In this document: positions 9,946-20,239 of the stretch, one piece after another | Layout of the letters: the number at the start of each line of letters is the position of its first letter | How positions within the stretch are numbered: position 1 is the stretch's first letter | NCBI GenBank assembly: GCA_963823655.1 | Contig: CAWGMK010000013.1 | Coordinates: 128,001 to 192,000, forward strand | Reading direction: 5' to 3' | Length of the DNA: 64,000 nt | Origin: an uncultured Bacillota bacterium | GTDB lineage: Bacteria > Bacillota > DTU025 > MWDF01 | Position numbers and translations under genes: made by a program | Notes under the pieces: model-generated | What the model was told of the DNA's origin: nothing | Databases searched by the model: none | What the model saw: only the letters and a program-made list of their open reading frames with translations

Positions 9946-10749
9946 TCTCCTGCTCAGGCGCCTTTCCAAGTTGGCAAGGCCGAAGAAAGCCGCATTGAAC
10001 ATAACGATAGTAGCGCCAGTTGGCAAGTCGAACATGTATGAAGCGGTTATGCCGAGGATGACAGAGAGGACAGCAAGGCCGACGGATACGATCATTGCGG
10101 ACCTGAAGCCTTTCACAAGCATTAGAGCTGTCACAGACGGGAGTATCAGAAGAGCGGATACAAGCATTATTCCAACCATCTTCACAGACAGCACAACAAC
10201 TACAGCCGTAAGCATAACCAGCAGCCTGTTAACAAGGCCGGTGGCTATTCCTGTCGTGCTTGCATACTCTTCATCGAAAGTAGCTGAGAACAGGTCATAG
10301 TAGAAGAGGTAGACCACTACGAAGACAATAGCTGAGAGTATTACCGAAAGGATTAGCTCATTGCCGCTTATGGTCAGGATGTTGCCGAAGAGGTAGCTCA
10401 TAAGGTCAACATTAAAACCGCCGGAAAGGCTCGCGAGAATTACGCCGGACGAAATCCCTATTGCAGAGACTATTCCAATCGCCGCATCCCCGAAGAGTTT
10501 TGTCCTTTCAGTTATTGCCAAAATGCCTAACGACGCCAGCAGCACCAGGGGAACCGCGATATAGAAAGGATATACCCCGAGCAGCAGGCCGAATGCAATT
10601 GCCCCGAAGCTTACATGCGACAGCCCGTCTCCGATCATCGACATCTTCCTCAGCACGAGGAAAAGGCCCAGGACTGCGCAGAGCGCGGCTATGAATGAAC
10701 CGGCTATGAATGCCCTCTGTACGAAAGCCAGACTCAGAAAGGTTTGCAT
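9943..10749 (-). CDS. znuB: Zn/Mn ABC transporter permease (ZnuB-like)
   Basis: MQTFLSL start; GDGLSHVSFG and YLFGNIL motifs. In frame with the upstream ATPase in this assembly. Confidence 0.85.
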   Translation of the reverse strand: MQTFLSLAFVQRAFIAGSFIAALCAVLGLFLVLRKMSMIGDGLSHVSFGAIAFGLLLGVYPFYIAVPLVLLASLGILAITERTKLFGDAAIGIVSAIGISSGVILASLSGGFNVDLMSYLFGNILTISGNELILSVILSAIVFVVVYLFYYDLFSATFDEEYASTTGIATGLVNRLLVMLTAVVVVLSVKMVGIMLVSALLILPSVTALMLVKGFRSAMIVSVGLAVLSVILGITASYMFDLPTGATIVMFNAAFFGLANLERRLSRR

Positions 10750-10752
10750 CTC

Positions 10753-11523
10753 ATCACCTATGCCTGTGGCAGATAATATGCTGATAAATCCGCCGAAGTA
10801 TTCATTCATCTTTTCTGAGGAGCAGAATTCATCGAATCCGCCGTAGAATACGAGCTCTCCGTCAAGATATAGCAGCTTCTTGGCATGCTCGCCTATGTTT
10901 CCTGTATCATGTGTGATCATGATGATGGTTATTCCATCAGAAGTATTCATCTCTTTTACGAGCGCGTAGAATGAGGCCCTGCTCTGAGGATCCAAGGCGG
11001 TGCTGGGCTCATCCAGCACAAGAAGTCGTGGTTTGGACACTAAGGCCCTTGCCAGGAACACTTTCTGCTGCTGCCCTCCGGAAAGCTCGACGAGCGTCTT
11101 GGAAGCCAGCACGGCGATGCCCAGCTTTTCCATTATCTCATCTACTTGGCCCATATCCTTTCTTGTAAGGGACTTCGGGAAGCCCTTTCTCGAAAGCAGG
11201 CCCAGCGATACTACTTCTCTGACTGAGGCGGGGAAGAGCGGGTTGAAAGTATTCGTCCTTTGCGGCAGATATCCGATGAGGCCCCAGTCCTTGAAGCGGG
11301 AATATGGCTGCCCGAACAGCTCTATGCTGCCGGAGCTCGGGGGAACCAGGCCCAGGATCACCTTGACCAGTGTGGACTTGCCCGCGCCGTTGGGGCCGGC
11401 CAGGCCGATATAATCGCCCGGTTCTACGTCGAATGTGATGCCCTTTATGACCTCACCCTGGCCGTAGCCGGCAGAAAGGTTCTGGACTTTGATTATCGGA
11501 TCGCTAGTTACCACTATACTCAA
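10753..11523 (-). CDS. znuC: Zn/Mn ABC transporter ATPase (ZnuC-like); apparent fusion to the permease is probably a 1-nt error
   Basis: GPNGAGKST, LSGGQQQ and LDEP motifs. An alternative frame at ~10785 gives a natural-looking end YQHIICHRHR*. Confidence 0.85.
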
Positions 11524-12469
11524 GCCCCACCTTCAGATTCTCGAGGTTCTTCCGCATAAGCTCAACGAAAGTCACGCCAAATTCGAACTCGGATTTGGAG
11601 ATATTATGCCCTGCATGCAGCATAAGCATGCCGGCTCCGGTTTCTTTGGAGATGGTCTCCGCTGCTCTAGGCTCTACGAGCTCCTCAAAAAAGATGAACT
11701 TGGAGCCGCTCTCTTCCATTAGGCTCATGAGCTCCGAAATCTGCCTGGGTCCAAGCTCAGAATCAGGTGAGAAGCCCTGGGCTGCCTTGTATTGAAGCCC
11801 GTAACGGCCTGCCAGATATCCAAAAGCGTAATGTCCGCCATGAATGATTACTTTCTTTCCGCATTTTTCAATTGCCGCCCTGAAAGATTCGTCCAGGCTT
11901 GCCAACTCAAGGCAGTATGCTTCAGCATTGTCCAGGTAGTAGTCCGTCCCTTCCGGGTCTATCTCCGAGAGCGCGGTTGCAATTCTTCTAACCATGTACT
12001 CTGCGTTTGTGAAGTCGAGCCATACGTGAGGGTCAATGGAAGCCCCTTCATCATGGCCGGCCTCATCATCATGTTCGCCGGTTATGATAACGGGTACTCC
12101 TAAGCCTGCCTCAAGGGGTTTGACGGAGGAGCCTTCCTTGATACCACCAAGAAGGTCATCTACCCAGGGCTCCATCTCATGGCTTGTATAAATGAATAGG
12201 GAAGCTTCGGTAAGCTTGCCGATATCGCTCGGCTTGGGCTCATATGAGTGAGCTTCTAGCCCGGGAGTAAGGAGCATTGATAAAGAAATCCTGTCTCCTC
12301 CGACTGCCCTTGCGAAATCGTACACCGGGAATATTGAAGCAATCACATTTATCCCGGCTTCAGCATCATCTGAGGCATCCTTGCTGAATGCGGCATATAA
12401 TGCGAATGCAATGGCAACAATCAGGACGAATGCGATTATTAGCCTACCCTTTGACATCATATTTGCCAT
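11504..12469 (-). CDS. znuA: metal ABC transporter substrate-binding protein (ZnuA/AdcA-like)
   Basis: EAHSYEP, DPHVWL and HYAFGYLA motifs; short His/acidic loop; N-terminal membrane anchor. Confidence 0.88.
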   Translation of the reverse strand: MANMMSKGRLIIAFVLIVAIAFALYAAFSKDASDDAEAGINVIASIFPVYDFARAVGGDRISLSMLLTPGLEAHSYEPKPSDIGKLTEASLFIYTSHEMEPWVDDLLGGIKEGSSVKPLEAGLGVPVIITGEHDDEAGHDEGASIDPHVWLDFTNAEYMVRRIATALSEIDPEGTDYYLDNAEAYCLELASLDESFRAAIEKCGKKVIIHGGHYAFGYLAGRYGLQYKAAQGFSPDSELGPRQISELMSLMEESGSKFIFFEELVEPRAAETISKETGAGMLMLHAGHNISKSEFEFGVTFVELMRKNLENLKVGLEYSGN

Positions 12470-13166
12470 TCTTCTCCTTAAAGCCGTGCCTTACGTGAGA
12501 TCCGTCGCAGAAAGGCATGTTGCTGCTTTTTCCGCATCTGCAAAGCGTGACTCTGTTTCTTATCTCATATTCCTCGCCGTCGCCGGAAATGACGGGGATG
12601 CCGGATTTTACCCAAAGTGGGCCGGAACAATCGGCAGCCGGGTCCTCTACCAGCACAATTTCCTTTTCCAAGTTGGGCTCAATTGGCTCAAAAGTCTCTT
12701 TATCGTAAACTACCAGCCTGCCGGCGGGGCAGTCTCTCGTCTGCCTTATAGCGATCTCCCTGGCCCTTGGATCGTCCGATTTTGTCGTAAGCTTCCATGT
12801 TCCGCCATAGCTGTCGCAGAAGCGGGCGCTCGCACACAGTACCCTTTTATCCGTAAGAATTAGCTTCGGCCCTTCGATAAGCTCAACGTCTTCTATATAG
12901 GGCTCGTTGCCGGCAGTTTCGGTGCCGTCAAAGCCGATTTCCGAGTGGGTACCATCGCAAAAAGGAGCCCTTTTAGTCTTTCCGCACCTGCATAGGCTGT
13001 AGTTGTCAGGAGTGGTGACAGTCTCGCCGTCTACCCATTCCAAAGCCTGCCCAGCGGCATTGCTCTTGATTATCTGCCGTTTTAGCGGAATCGGGCCCTC
13101 TACCAGGAACGGCCCGTTTTTTATCACACGTATCTTGACCGACGCTTTTTTGGCCTTGCTTTCCAC
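12444..13166 (-). CDS. double CDGSH iron-sulfur domain protein with a central Cys-containing domain
   Basis: LCRCGKTKRAPFCDGTH and LCRCGKSSNMPFCDGSH; central CASARFC...CPAG. Confidence 0.9.
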   Translation of the reverse strand: MESKAKKASVKIRVIKNGPFLVEGPIPLKRQIIKSNAAGQALEWVDGETVTTPDNYSLCRCGKTKRAPFCDGTHSEIGFDGTETAGNEPYIEDVELIEGPKLILTDKRVLCASARFCDSYGGTWKLTTKSDDPRAREIAIRQTRDCPAGRLVVYDKETFEPIEPNLEKEIVLVEDPAADCSGPLWVKSGIPVISGDGEEYEIRNRVTLCRCGKSSNMPFCDGSHVRHGFKEKNGKYDVKG

Positions 13167-13239
13167 TGCAATGCCTCCTTATTTGCGTTATTGCCAAATA
13201 TTATTGTATCACAGTAGCATATCAGTCACTCGGGCGAGC

Positions 13240-14154
13240 CTAAATCCATAGACGGTCAAGCCAACCTATTGCAGGCTCTATATCAAGCTCCTGCGCGGCT
13301 TGTACCAAGTAAGGAACCCCCGATACCTCGTCCAAGCCAACTGGGTCGTCGGCGCTTATTACGGAATTTAGCCTCATATAGTTTTCTTTCAAAATGGAGC
13401 TGCACTGGTATTCGGCAATACCTGAAGGTGCATCCATCAGCAGAGGAAGTATGTAAGGGGCCCATTCAACAAGGCCCCAGCCCTCGGTTTCTTTGGAAAC
13501 GAATCTGGAGTTGATGCCGGTGCCGATAGACATAAGGCAGATGTTCTCATCGCCTCCGAGCATCGGGTTATGCTTTTTCGCAAGCGAGAAGGCACACATA
13601 GCCGGATTATTGACGGCGACTCCGCCATCGATGTATCCATCCACAGAAGGAAAGAAAGTCGGAGCCGCGCTGGTATAAAGGGCGGCTTTCCAGCATGGGA
13701 TGTCCAAGTCCCCGGTGTTCTCATCTAGATTATGGAAGAATTTCGGGCCCCAGCTTCTGGGCCTTCCGCCCTTTCCCTTGTTGTCCATGGAGAAGGAGGA
13801 GACCATAACACCGGTTTCCAGATCCCCGAGAGTCTTATCCCGGAAACTTGCCTTCAATGCGGCAGAAAGACCATCGTTAGGGTACCGCGGACCTGCCAGT
13901 GGGCTCTGCTTGAGCTTGCCTGCCAGCTTCTGAGCAGGAAAAACAGAGGAGGCCTTTTCAGAGAACAGCTTGATGAAATCATCGAGGCATGCTCCGGAAG
14001 CAATTCCTAAGGCGATGATGCCACCTACGGAAGTGCCTGCCACCAGGTCTGCTTTACCCAACCATCCGGGGCGAAGGCCTTCAAGCCTTTTTAGGACAAC
14101 TAGAGTATAGAGGCCCCTGATTCCTCCGCCGTCCAGCGACAATATCCGATACAT
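13240..14154 (-). CDS. patatin-like phospholipase
   Basis: SLDGGGIRG, GTSVGG, SAAPTFF and DGG motifs; GGAGG RBS before ATG at 14154. Confidence 0.92.
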   Translation of the reverse strand: MYRILSLDGGGIRGLYTLVVLKRLEGLRPGWLGKADLVAGTSVGGIIALGIASGACLDDFIKLFSEKASSVFPAQKLAGKLKQSPLAGPRYPNDGLSAALKASFRDKTLGDLETGVMVSSFSMDNKGKGGRPRSWGPKFFHNLDENTGDLDIPCWKAALYTSAAPTFFPSVDGYIDGGVAVNNPAMCAFSLAKKHNPMLGGDENICLMSIGTGINSRFVSKETEGWGLVEWAPYILPLLMDAPSGIAEYQCSSILKENYMRLNSVISADDPVGLDEVSGVPYLVQAAQELDIEPAIGWLDRLWI

Positions 14155-14358
14155 CGAAACCTCCTGAATGCGAATGATAAAATATTCTACGAAATGCCGC
14201 CGATTTCCTACGAAATAATGGAACAAAACAGATATTTAGAACGTAAACAAAATAAGCCTGTCTGCGCGTATTATTAAACCAGAGCTTACTACCTGTTACC
14301 GCCCTATTCGGCAAAGAAGGAACATGTCGCGGGGCGTATGGGTTAGAATTATGCTGAG

Positions 14359-15027
14359 GTGAATACGATGAAGTTAAAGGCTCTAATACTTGCCCTCGTC
14401 GTTCTTTTAGCTGCCGCCCTTGCCGGCGGGTGCTACAAAGAGCTGGCATTGAGGGATTTCTCCAAGCCTGGCCAACAGACGCTTGACGGCTGGCATCTAA
14501 TCCCGTTTGGAGACCAGAAATTCACAAAAGGCGGCCTTGCATTGGGTAAGGCTACTTTTAGCGTTCCGCTTCTCACGGGCGAGGAATTCAATCTACGGCT
14601 CGAGATGGACGCCAAGCTTGAGGGCGTAGAACTAAATGAGTTCGGTATCTGCCTTTCTCAGGAGAAAGTATACCTTTCAAACCTGGGCAACAATGTAATC
14701 ATTAGGACTCAATCTTCGGCTGGCATCTCAAGCTACGAGGCGTTCAGCGTGAATTTCGTTGTAAAGAGCAGGACATTCGCCTCGGGCCAGGAGATACTTC
14801 CCGGATTCAAGCTTAATGGAAAGAACGTAATAAGCCTTTGGAAGAAGGGTGCGGAATTCGGCTGGACTGTCAACGGCAAGAAATCCGGCCCCTATGATCT
14901 GCCTTCGGACTTCCGGAATGGTCTATACATTCATTTTAATATAAACACCGCGCCGGCATCCGAGGAAGCGATCACGATTTCACGCATAAGAGTGACCGGG
15001 CCGCAGGACAGCGCCACGGGATGGTAA
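14359..15027 (+). CDS. hypothetical lipoprotein, beta-rich (possibly ConA-like)
   Basis: Signal peptide with LAGGC lipobox; GAGG RBS. Confidence 0.75.
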   Translation: MNTMKLKALILALVVLLAAALAGGCYKELALRDFSKPGQQTLDGWHLIPFGDQKFTKGGLALGKATFSVPLLTGEEFNLRLEMDAKLEGVELNEFGICLSQEKVYLSNLGNNVIIRTQSSAGISSYEAFSVNFVVKSRTFASGQEILPGFKLNGKNVISLWKKGAEFGWTVNGKKSGPYDLPSDFRNGLYIHFNINTAPASEEAITISRIRVTGPQDSATGW

Positions 15028-15031
15028 ACGC

Positions 15032-15427
15032 ATGTTCAACATCGTAGCCCCCTTGTTCCTCGCAGCAGGCGCATTGTTAGCAGGGGATTTCATGCTGATT
15101 GCCTCCAGGGCTCCCAGCAAGGTGAAGCCGGACTGGCCAACGGCTGTGCTTGCGGGGGCGGCCGGTATGCTTGCTTCTGAGCTGCTTTCTTTGGTATCTT
15201 GGCAGTTCACTTCGTGGCTGATTCCTGCTTTGGGCGAGGCGGGAGCAAGCTGGTTGGATGTAGTGATATCGCCACTAATTGCGGCAATACTAGCAGCCTT
15301 TATAATCAGTAAAGAAGTTCAATATGCCCTGGAAGAACGCGTATCTCAGCGCGGCGGCAGGACTAGTGCCGGCATTTCTGATATATTCGATACTTTTAGG
15401 GATATTCTCCGGCTTTCTGGCCGGTAA
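15032..15427 (+). CDS. hypothetical membrane protein (about 3 TM segments)
   Basis: Three hydrophobic segments; packed between the two lipoprotein genes. Confidence 0.55.
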   Translation: MFNIVAPLFLAAGALLAGDFMLIASRAPSKVKPDWPTAVLAGAAGMLASELLSLVSWQFTSWLIPALGEAGASWLDVVISPLIAAILAAFIISKEVQYALEERVSQRGGRTSAGISDIFDTFRDILRLSGR

Positions 15428-15450
15428 GAATTAAAAGGGAGGCGAAAAGA

Positions 15451-16284
15451 ATGAGATGGAATTCCAGGATGACTGTGGCAGTCGCTTTACTTGCGGTTTT
15501 CATGCTTTTAGGAGGCTGCGCGCCAAGTCTTAAGACTAGCATTGATTTTACAACGACCGGGTATGAGGAAGAAGTCGATATCGAATCGGATGATACAGCA
15601 ATGCCCGCATCCGCTTCGGCATCTGTTTCAGAGCCTTTGGACTACCATTGGGAGCACCAGCACGGCCTTGTCATTAGAAGAGGCCGCGTATACACAAAGG
15701 ACGCATACAAGGGAGACTTCAGGGCCGAGCTCATAGTAGATATCGTCTATTTAGAGAATGAGGCATCGATAAGCGCGGATTCCGAAGGCTTCATACTTGG
15801 AATAGGATTCAAGGAACTTCCAGTAGATTTCGACCTGTTCCCGAACGTTTTCAAGGCAGTGCAGTATTATGGCAATCATGTTGACCTGACAGACAGTATA
15901 AAAGCCTACACAGTCATGCCGCATATGCTGTATGATACGGCAATATCTATAGAAGACGATGATATAGAGTATATCAGCCCGTTCGTTAAGGACTTCCTGC
16001 CGGGCCTGGTCATTGGCGATGGCCTGGTCAGCGGTGAGAACCTAATCGTGCTGAAGAGGACTGGCGAGACCATATCCGTAGAGGTAAACGGGACATTAGT
16101 CGGAGAATACGAGAGCCATTACCTGATTGGAGACTACTTCGCAAACCTATTGTTTGACGACTTCGATGCTAATCTGCCGATAAAAATCGGCGTATTCTCC
16201 GGTTGCGCGCACATCAACGGAGATAATGACGAGGGCGTTTTCCTCAAGTCGCTCAATGTCTATGCTGACGAGATAATCGACTGA
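15451..16284 (+). CDS. hypothetical acidic lipoprotein, beta-rich
   Basis: LLGGC lipobox; GGAGG RBS. Confidence 0.8.
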   Translation: MRWNSRMTVAVALLAVFMLLGGCAPSLKTSIDFTTTGYEEEVDIESDDTAMPASASASVSEPLDYHWEHQHGLVIRRGRVYTKDAYKGDFRAELIVDIVYLENEASISADSEGFILGIGFKELPVDFDLFPNVFKAVQYYGNHVDLTDSIKAYTVMPHMLYDTAISIEDDDIEYISPFVKDFLPGLVIGDGLVSGENLIVLKRTGETISVEVNGTLVGEYESHYLIGDYFANLLFDDFDANLPIKIGVFSGCAHINGDNDEGVFLKSLNVYADEIID

Positions 16285-16344
16285 ATTAGCTATTTGGCGC
16301 GTCCTACTTGCAGCCAAAGCGAAAAGGGCAATATAATCAATAAG

Positions 16345-16620
16345 TAATAGGAAAGGCTGCGAAGGGGACAAGTATCTGTGCCGATCACCGAAAGGGAGGG
16401 CTGGCCACCGATTGAGAGCCGGCCTCGGCAGGAAGGCATGAGGAATTCACCCCCAAGCCGCTCACCGGAAACCTGCAGGGCAGGAAGTAAGGTAAGCCGT
16501 AGACCCTGCGTTAAGGGGCTGGCGCTTTTTAGCGCCAGATGAGTGGGCCTTTGGCCAAAATGGGTGGTACCGCGGAAGCCGTAACTTTCGTCCCAGAAAG
16601 ATGCGGCTTCTTTATTATTT
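16345..16620 (+). promoter_or_regulatory. T-box riboswitch (Phe)
   Basis: Specifier TTC at 16446-16448; T-box AAATGGGTGGTACCGCG at 16558-16574; terminator GAAGCCG...CGGCTTC with T-tract; lies upstream of pheS. Confidence 0.93.
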
Positions 16621-16638
16621 GTGCAAGGGGGAGACAAA

Positions 16639-17658
16639 ATGCGCCCTGACATTGACAGGATTGTGAAGGACGCCCTCGGTGAGATCTCTGCAAGCAGCCT
16701 GGTTGAGCAGCTCAAATCAGTACGCTCTAGGTTCTTGGGCAAGAAAGGAGAGCTGACTGCCCTTCTAAGGAGCATGGGGGAGATAGCGGCGGAGGACAGG
16801 CCGTCTTTCGGGCAGATGATCAATCTGGCCAAGAGCAGGCTGGAAGAGGCCATAGGCGCCAAGTCTGCGGAGCTTGCTTCAGAGGCCAGGAAGCAGCAGT
16901 TCGGCAGAGAAGCGCTCGATATAACACTTCCGGGAAGGGTGCAGCGCGTAGGCAACCTCCATCCGATAACCAAGGGATTCGAGGAGATATGCGACATCTT
17001 CGTCCGCATGGGCTTCTCAGTGGTAGAGGGCCCTGAGATAGAGACGGATTTCTATAACTTCACGGCGCTGAATACGCCGCCATTCCACCCTGCAAGGGAT
17101 GTACAAGATACGTTCTACATCACTGAGAACATCCTTCTAAGGACGCAAACTTCGCCGCAGCAGGTAAGGCAGATGGAAGCGCAGGATCCGCCGGTGAAGG
17201 TGGTCGTACCCGGTGTCGTCTACAGGCGAGATCAGGTGGACGCAACCCATTCCCCGATATTCCACCAGCTGGAGGGGCTATATGTAGACAAGGGAGTAAC
17301 ATTCGCCGACTTGAAGGGCTCCTTGGAGGTCTTCATAAAGGCTTTCTACGGGCAGGACAAGAGGGTCAGGTTTAGGCCTCATTACTTCCCGTTCACTGAG
17401 CCATCGGCAGAGATGGACGTTTCTTGCTTCGCATGCGGAGGCTCCGGCTGCCGCATATGCAAGGGCGAAGGATGGATAGAGATACTTGGCTCCGGCATGG
17501 TACATCCCAATGTGCTGAGAATGGCAGGGTATGACCCCGATGTATACAGTGGCTTTGCTTTCGGCATGGGAATTGACCGCATAGTATCGTTGAAATATGG
17601 CGTGGATGACCTGAGGTTGTATTTCGAGAACGATATCAGGTTCCTCGAGTCATTTTAG
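16639..17658 (+). CDS. pheS: phenylalanine-tRNA ligase alpha subunit
   Basis: HPARDVQDTFY, RFRPHYFPFTEPS and GFAFGMGIDR motifs. Confidence 0.98.
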   Translation: MRPDIDRIVKDALGEISASSLVEQLKSVRSRFLGKKGELTALLRSMGEIAAEDRPSFGQMINLAKSRLEEAIGAKSAELASEARKQQFGREALDITLPGRVQRVGNLHPITKGFEEICDIFVRMGFSVVEGPEIETDFYNFTALNTPPFHPARDVQDTFYITENILLRTQTSPQQVRQMEAQDPPVKVVVPGVVYRRDQVDATHSPIFHQLEGLYVDKGVTFADLKGSLEVFIKAFYGQDKRVRFRPHYFPFTEPSAEMDVSCFACGGSGCRICKGEGWIEILGSGMVHPNVLRMAGYDPDVYSGFAFGMGIDRIVSLKYGVDDLRLYFENDIRFLESF

Positions 17659-17669
17659 GAGGTAGCGAC

Positions 17670-20112
17670 ATGTTAGTACCTTTAAGGTGGTTAAGAGACT
17701 ACGTCGATTTCGATATGAAAGCGGAAGACCTTGCCGAGCTTCTAACAATGACAGGAACGAAGGTTGAATCCGTAACGCGGATCGGCGATAAAACCCAGGG
17801 CATTATCTCGGCAAGAGTAGAAGAGCTTGCCCCTCATCCGACCGAACCCCGGCTCAAGGTAGCGAACCTTTCCGCTGGCCGCTATTCGTATACAGTTGTG
17901 ACAGCGGCAAGAAACGTAGAAGTAGGCGACATAGTGCCGCTGGCGGCCCCGGGAGCAGTGCTTTACGATGGCAGGCTAATAGGCGAGGCCGAATTTGCAG
18001 GCATAAAGTCCGAGGGAATGATGTGCTCGGCGATGGAGCTGGGAATCTCAGAAGATGCGGAAGGCATTATGATACTTTCTGAATTCATGCCTGACCGGCC
18101 TGGACCTCGTATCTGTGCTGGAGCTGCAAGACGAGGTGCTGGAGTTGGAGATTACGCCCAACCGGCCTGACTGCTTGGGAATGCTTGGCGTGGCCAGGGA
18201 AGTGGCGGCAATCACCCGAAATGCTATGAGATGGCCCGAGCTTGAACATCCTGAAAGAGGGGAGCACATCTCATACCTTGCTTCGGCGCAGGTGCTTGAC
18301 CCGGATTACTGCAGCAGATATGCTCTAAGGCTTTTCTCAGATGTTAAGGTAGCCCAGTCTCCGATCTGGATGCAGGTCAGGCTCAAGGCTGCCGGCATAA
18401 GGCCAATATCGAACATCGTCGACGTGACGAATTACGTGATGCTTGACGTCAACCAACCACTGCATGCTTTCGACTTCGACAGGATAGAGGGCGGAAGGAT
18501 CATCGTAAGAAGAGCTGTAGAAGGTGAGAAGATAACTACCCTCGACGGCCAGGAAAGGCCCGTGGAACAGGGTATGTTGCTTATTTGCGACGCAGCGAAG
18601 CCGGTGGCCGTGGCAGGTGTAATGGGGGGAGCCGAAAGCGAGATAGGGCCGGATACCAAGAGAGTTCTTCTTGAATCTGCCAACTTCCTCAGGCAGAGTA
18701 TCTGGCGCACCTCCAAGTATATGAAACTGAGGACAGAATCCTCATCCAGGTTCGAAAAGGGGCTTGATGTTGAAACGATACCGTTGGCTCTGGACAGGTC
18801 GGCAAATCTTCTGGCCTACATGGGGGCTGCGACAGTTCATCCCGGCATGATCGATGAGAACCAGGCACCTAACTCAGCCAGAAGTATTACCACATCGCGG
18901 GGCTGGATCTCCAGAAAGCTCGGGACCGAATTGGGCAGCAAAGTCGATGATTACCTGACCCTGCTGGGGCTAGATGTGGAGCCTGATGATTTTGGAGATG
19001 GTATTGTTGTGGATATCCCCTCCTGGAGGGCTGACTTGCAGGAGCCGATCGATCTTGCTGAGGAAGTGGCCAGGCTTCATGGGTATGACAATCTAGAAGC
19101 CAAGGTGCCGGAGAACTCCAAGCCTTCAAGCTGGACAGAAGCTCAGATTGCGGAGAAGCGGATAAAGAACGTGCTTGCTTCAGCGGGAATGCATGAAGCC
19201 ATGACATACAGCATGGTCCCCTGCGATGAGTACAAGCTTATGCGCCTTAGCGAGGACGAAAGGGAGTCCAAGCCGATAGTTGTAAGCAACCCGCTTTCGG
19301 AGGACCAGTCTGCTATGAGGACAATGCTACTTCCCTCGCTGCTTCGTGTAGCGGGAACAAACCACAGAAGAGGGGCGGGAAGCGTCAAAGTATTCGAAAT
19401 GTCCAAGGTTTACCTTGCAGGCAAGGATGGGCTTCCTGTCGGTGAGCTTCAAAGGGGCGAGGTTCCTGCCGAAGAGATAAAAATGCTGGCCGGCGTGCTG
19501 TCTGGAAGCATTTCAGGCTGCTCAGCGGAAAAAAGCTGGCTTTCGAAAGAACGCCCGGTCGATTTCTACGATGCCAAGGGAGTAGTTGAATCCCTCCTAG
19601 ATAATCTGGGCATAGATCAGTGGTCGGTGACGGAAAGCAGCGCTCCTTACCTAAGGCCCGGCAGGGCTGCCGACCTTTACATCAAAGGGAAGAAGGCAGG
19701 TTCATTCGGGCAGATTCACCCGGATACTGCAGCAGGCTTTGATGTCCCTGAGGAGACGGCAGGTTTCGAAATACTCGTCCTGCCACTGCTCGAATCGATC
19801 AGGAGGGATATGAAGTTTAAGGGCATCCCCAAATATCCGTCCACAATAAGGGACATTGCTATGATTGCGCACAAGGAAATAAGCTCGCAGAGGATCAAGG
19901 AAGTAATAGTAGAGAAAGCAGGGGCGTTCCTTGAATCAGTCTCAGTATTCGACATATATGAGGGGAAGAATATCCCGGAGGGGTCAAGAAGCCTCGCATT
20001 CACGCTTAAATACCGCTCCGCTGAGAGGACACTTACAACTGACGAAGTAAACGAAATCCATGATGCGGTGCGCGAGGAGCTGGGAAAGAAGCTTGGAGTA
20101 ACGCTAAGATAG
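17670..20112 (+). CDS. pheT: phenylalanine-tRNA ligase beta subunit (one frameshift near 18090, likely assembly error)
   Basis: ORF 17670-18170 has the tRNA-binding domain (SEGMMCS); ORF 18115-20112 continues with EITPNRPD and ends in an FDX-ACB domain. Confidence 0.95.
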
Positions 20113-20239
20113 ATTGCATGTACTCGGGATTTGTTTGATTAAAGCGGCGCAATAACGTACTTCAGGGCAGAAGCAGTTATTGCGCCCATGTTATTCACAT
20201 ATGTATAATTTACTTGAATTACCTATGAGGTGAACCGAT

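Noticed and set aside
13240-14154. Patatin as a CBASS CapV-type effector
   Set aside because: No CD-NTase or other CBASS gene is nearby; it looks like a standalone phospholipase.
14328-14338. GCGGGGCGTA match to the tRNA-Pro 5' end as an att site
   Set aside because: Only 10 nt, matches the 5' rather than the 3' end, and no integrase is present.
16290-17009. 239-aa minus-strand ORF
   Set aside because: Antisense shadow of the Phe T-box and pheS, with no protein-like features.
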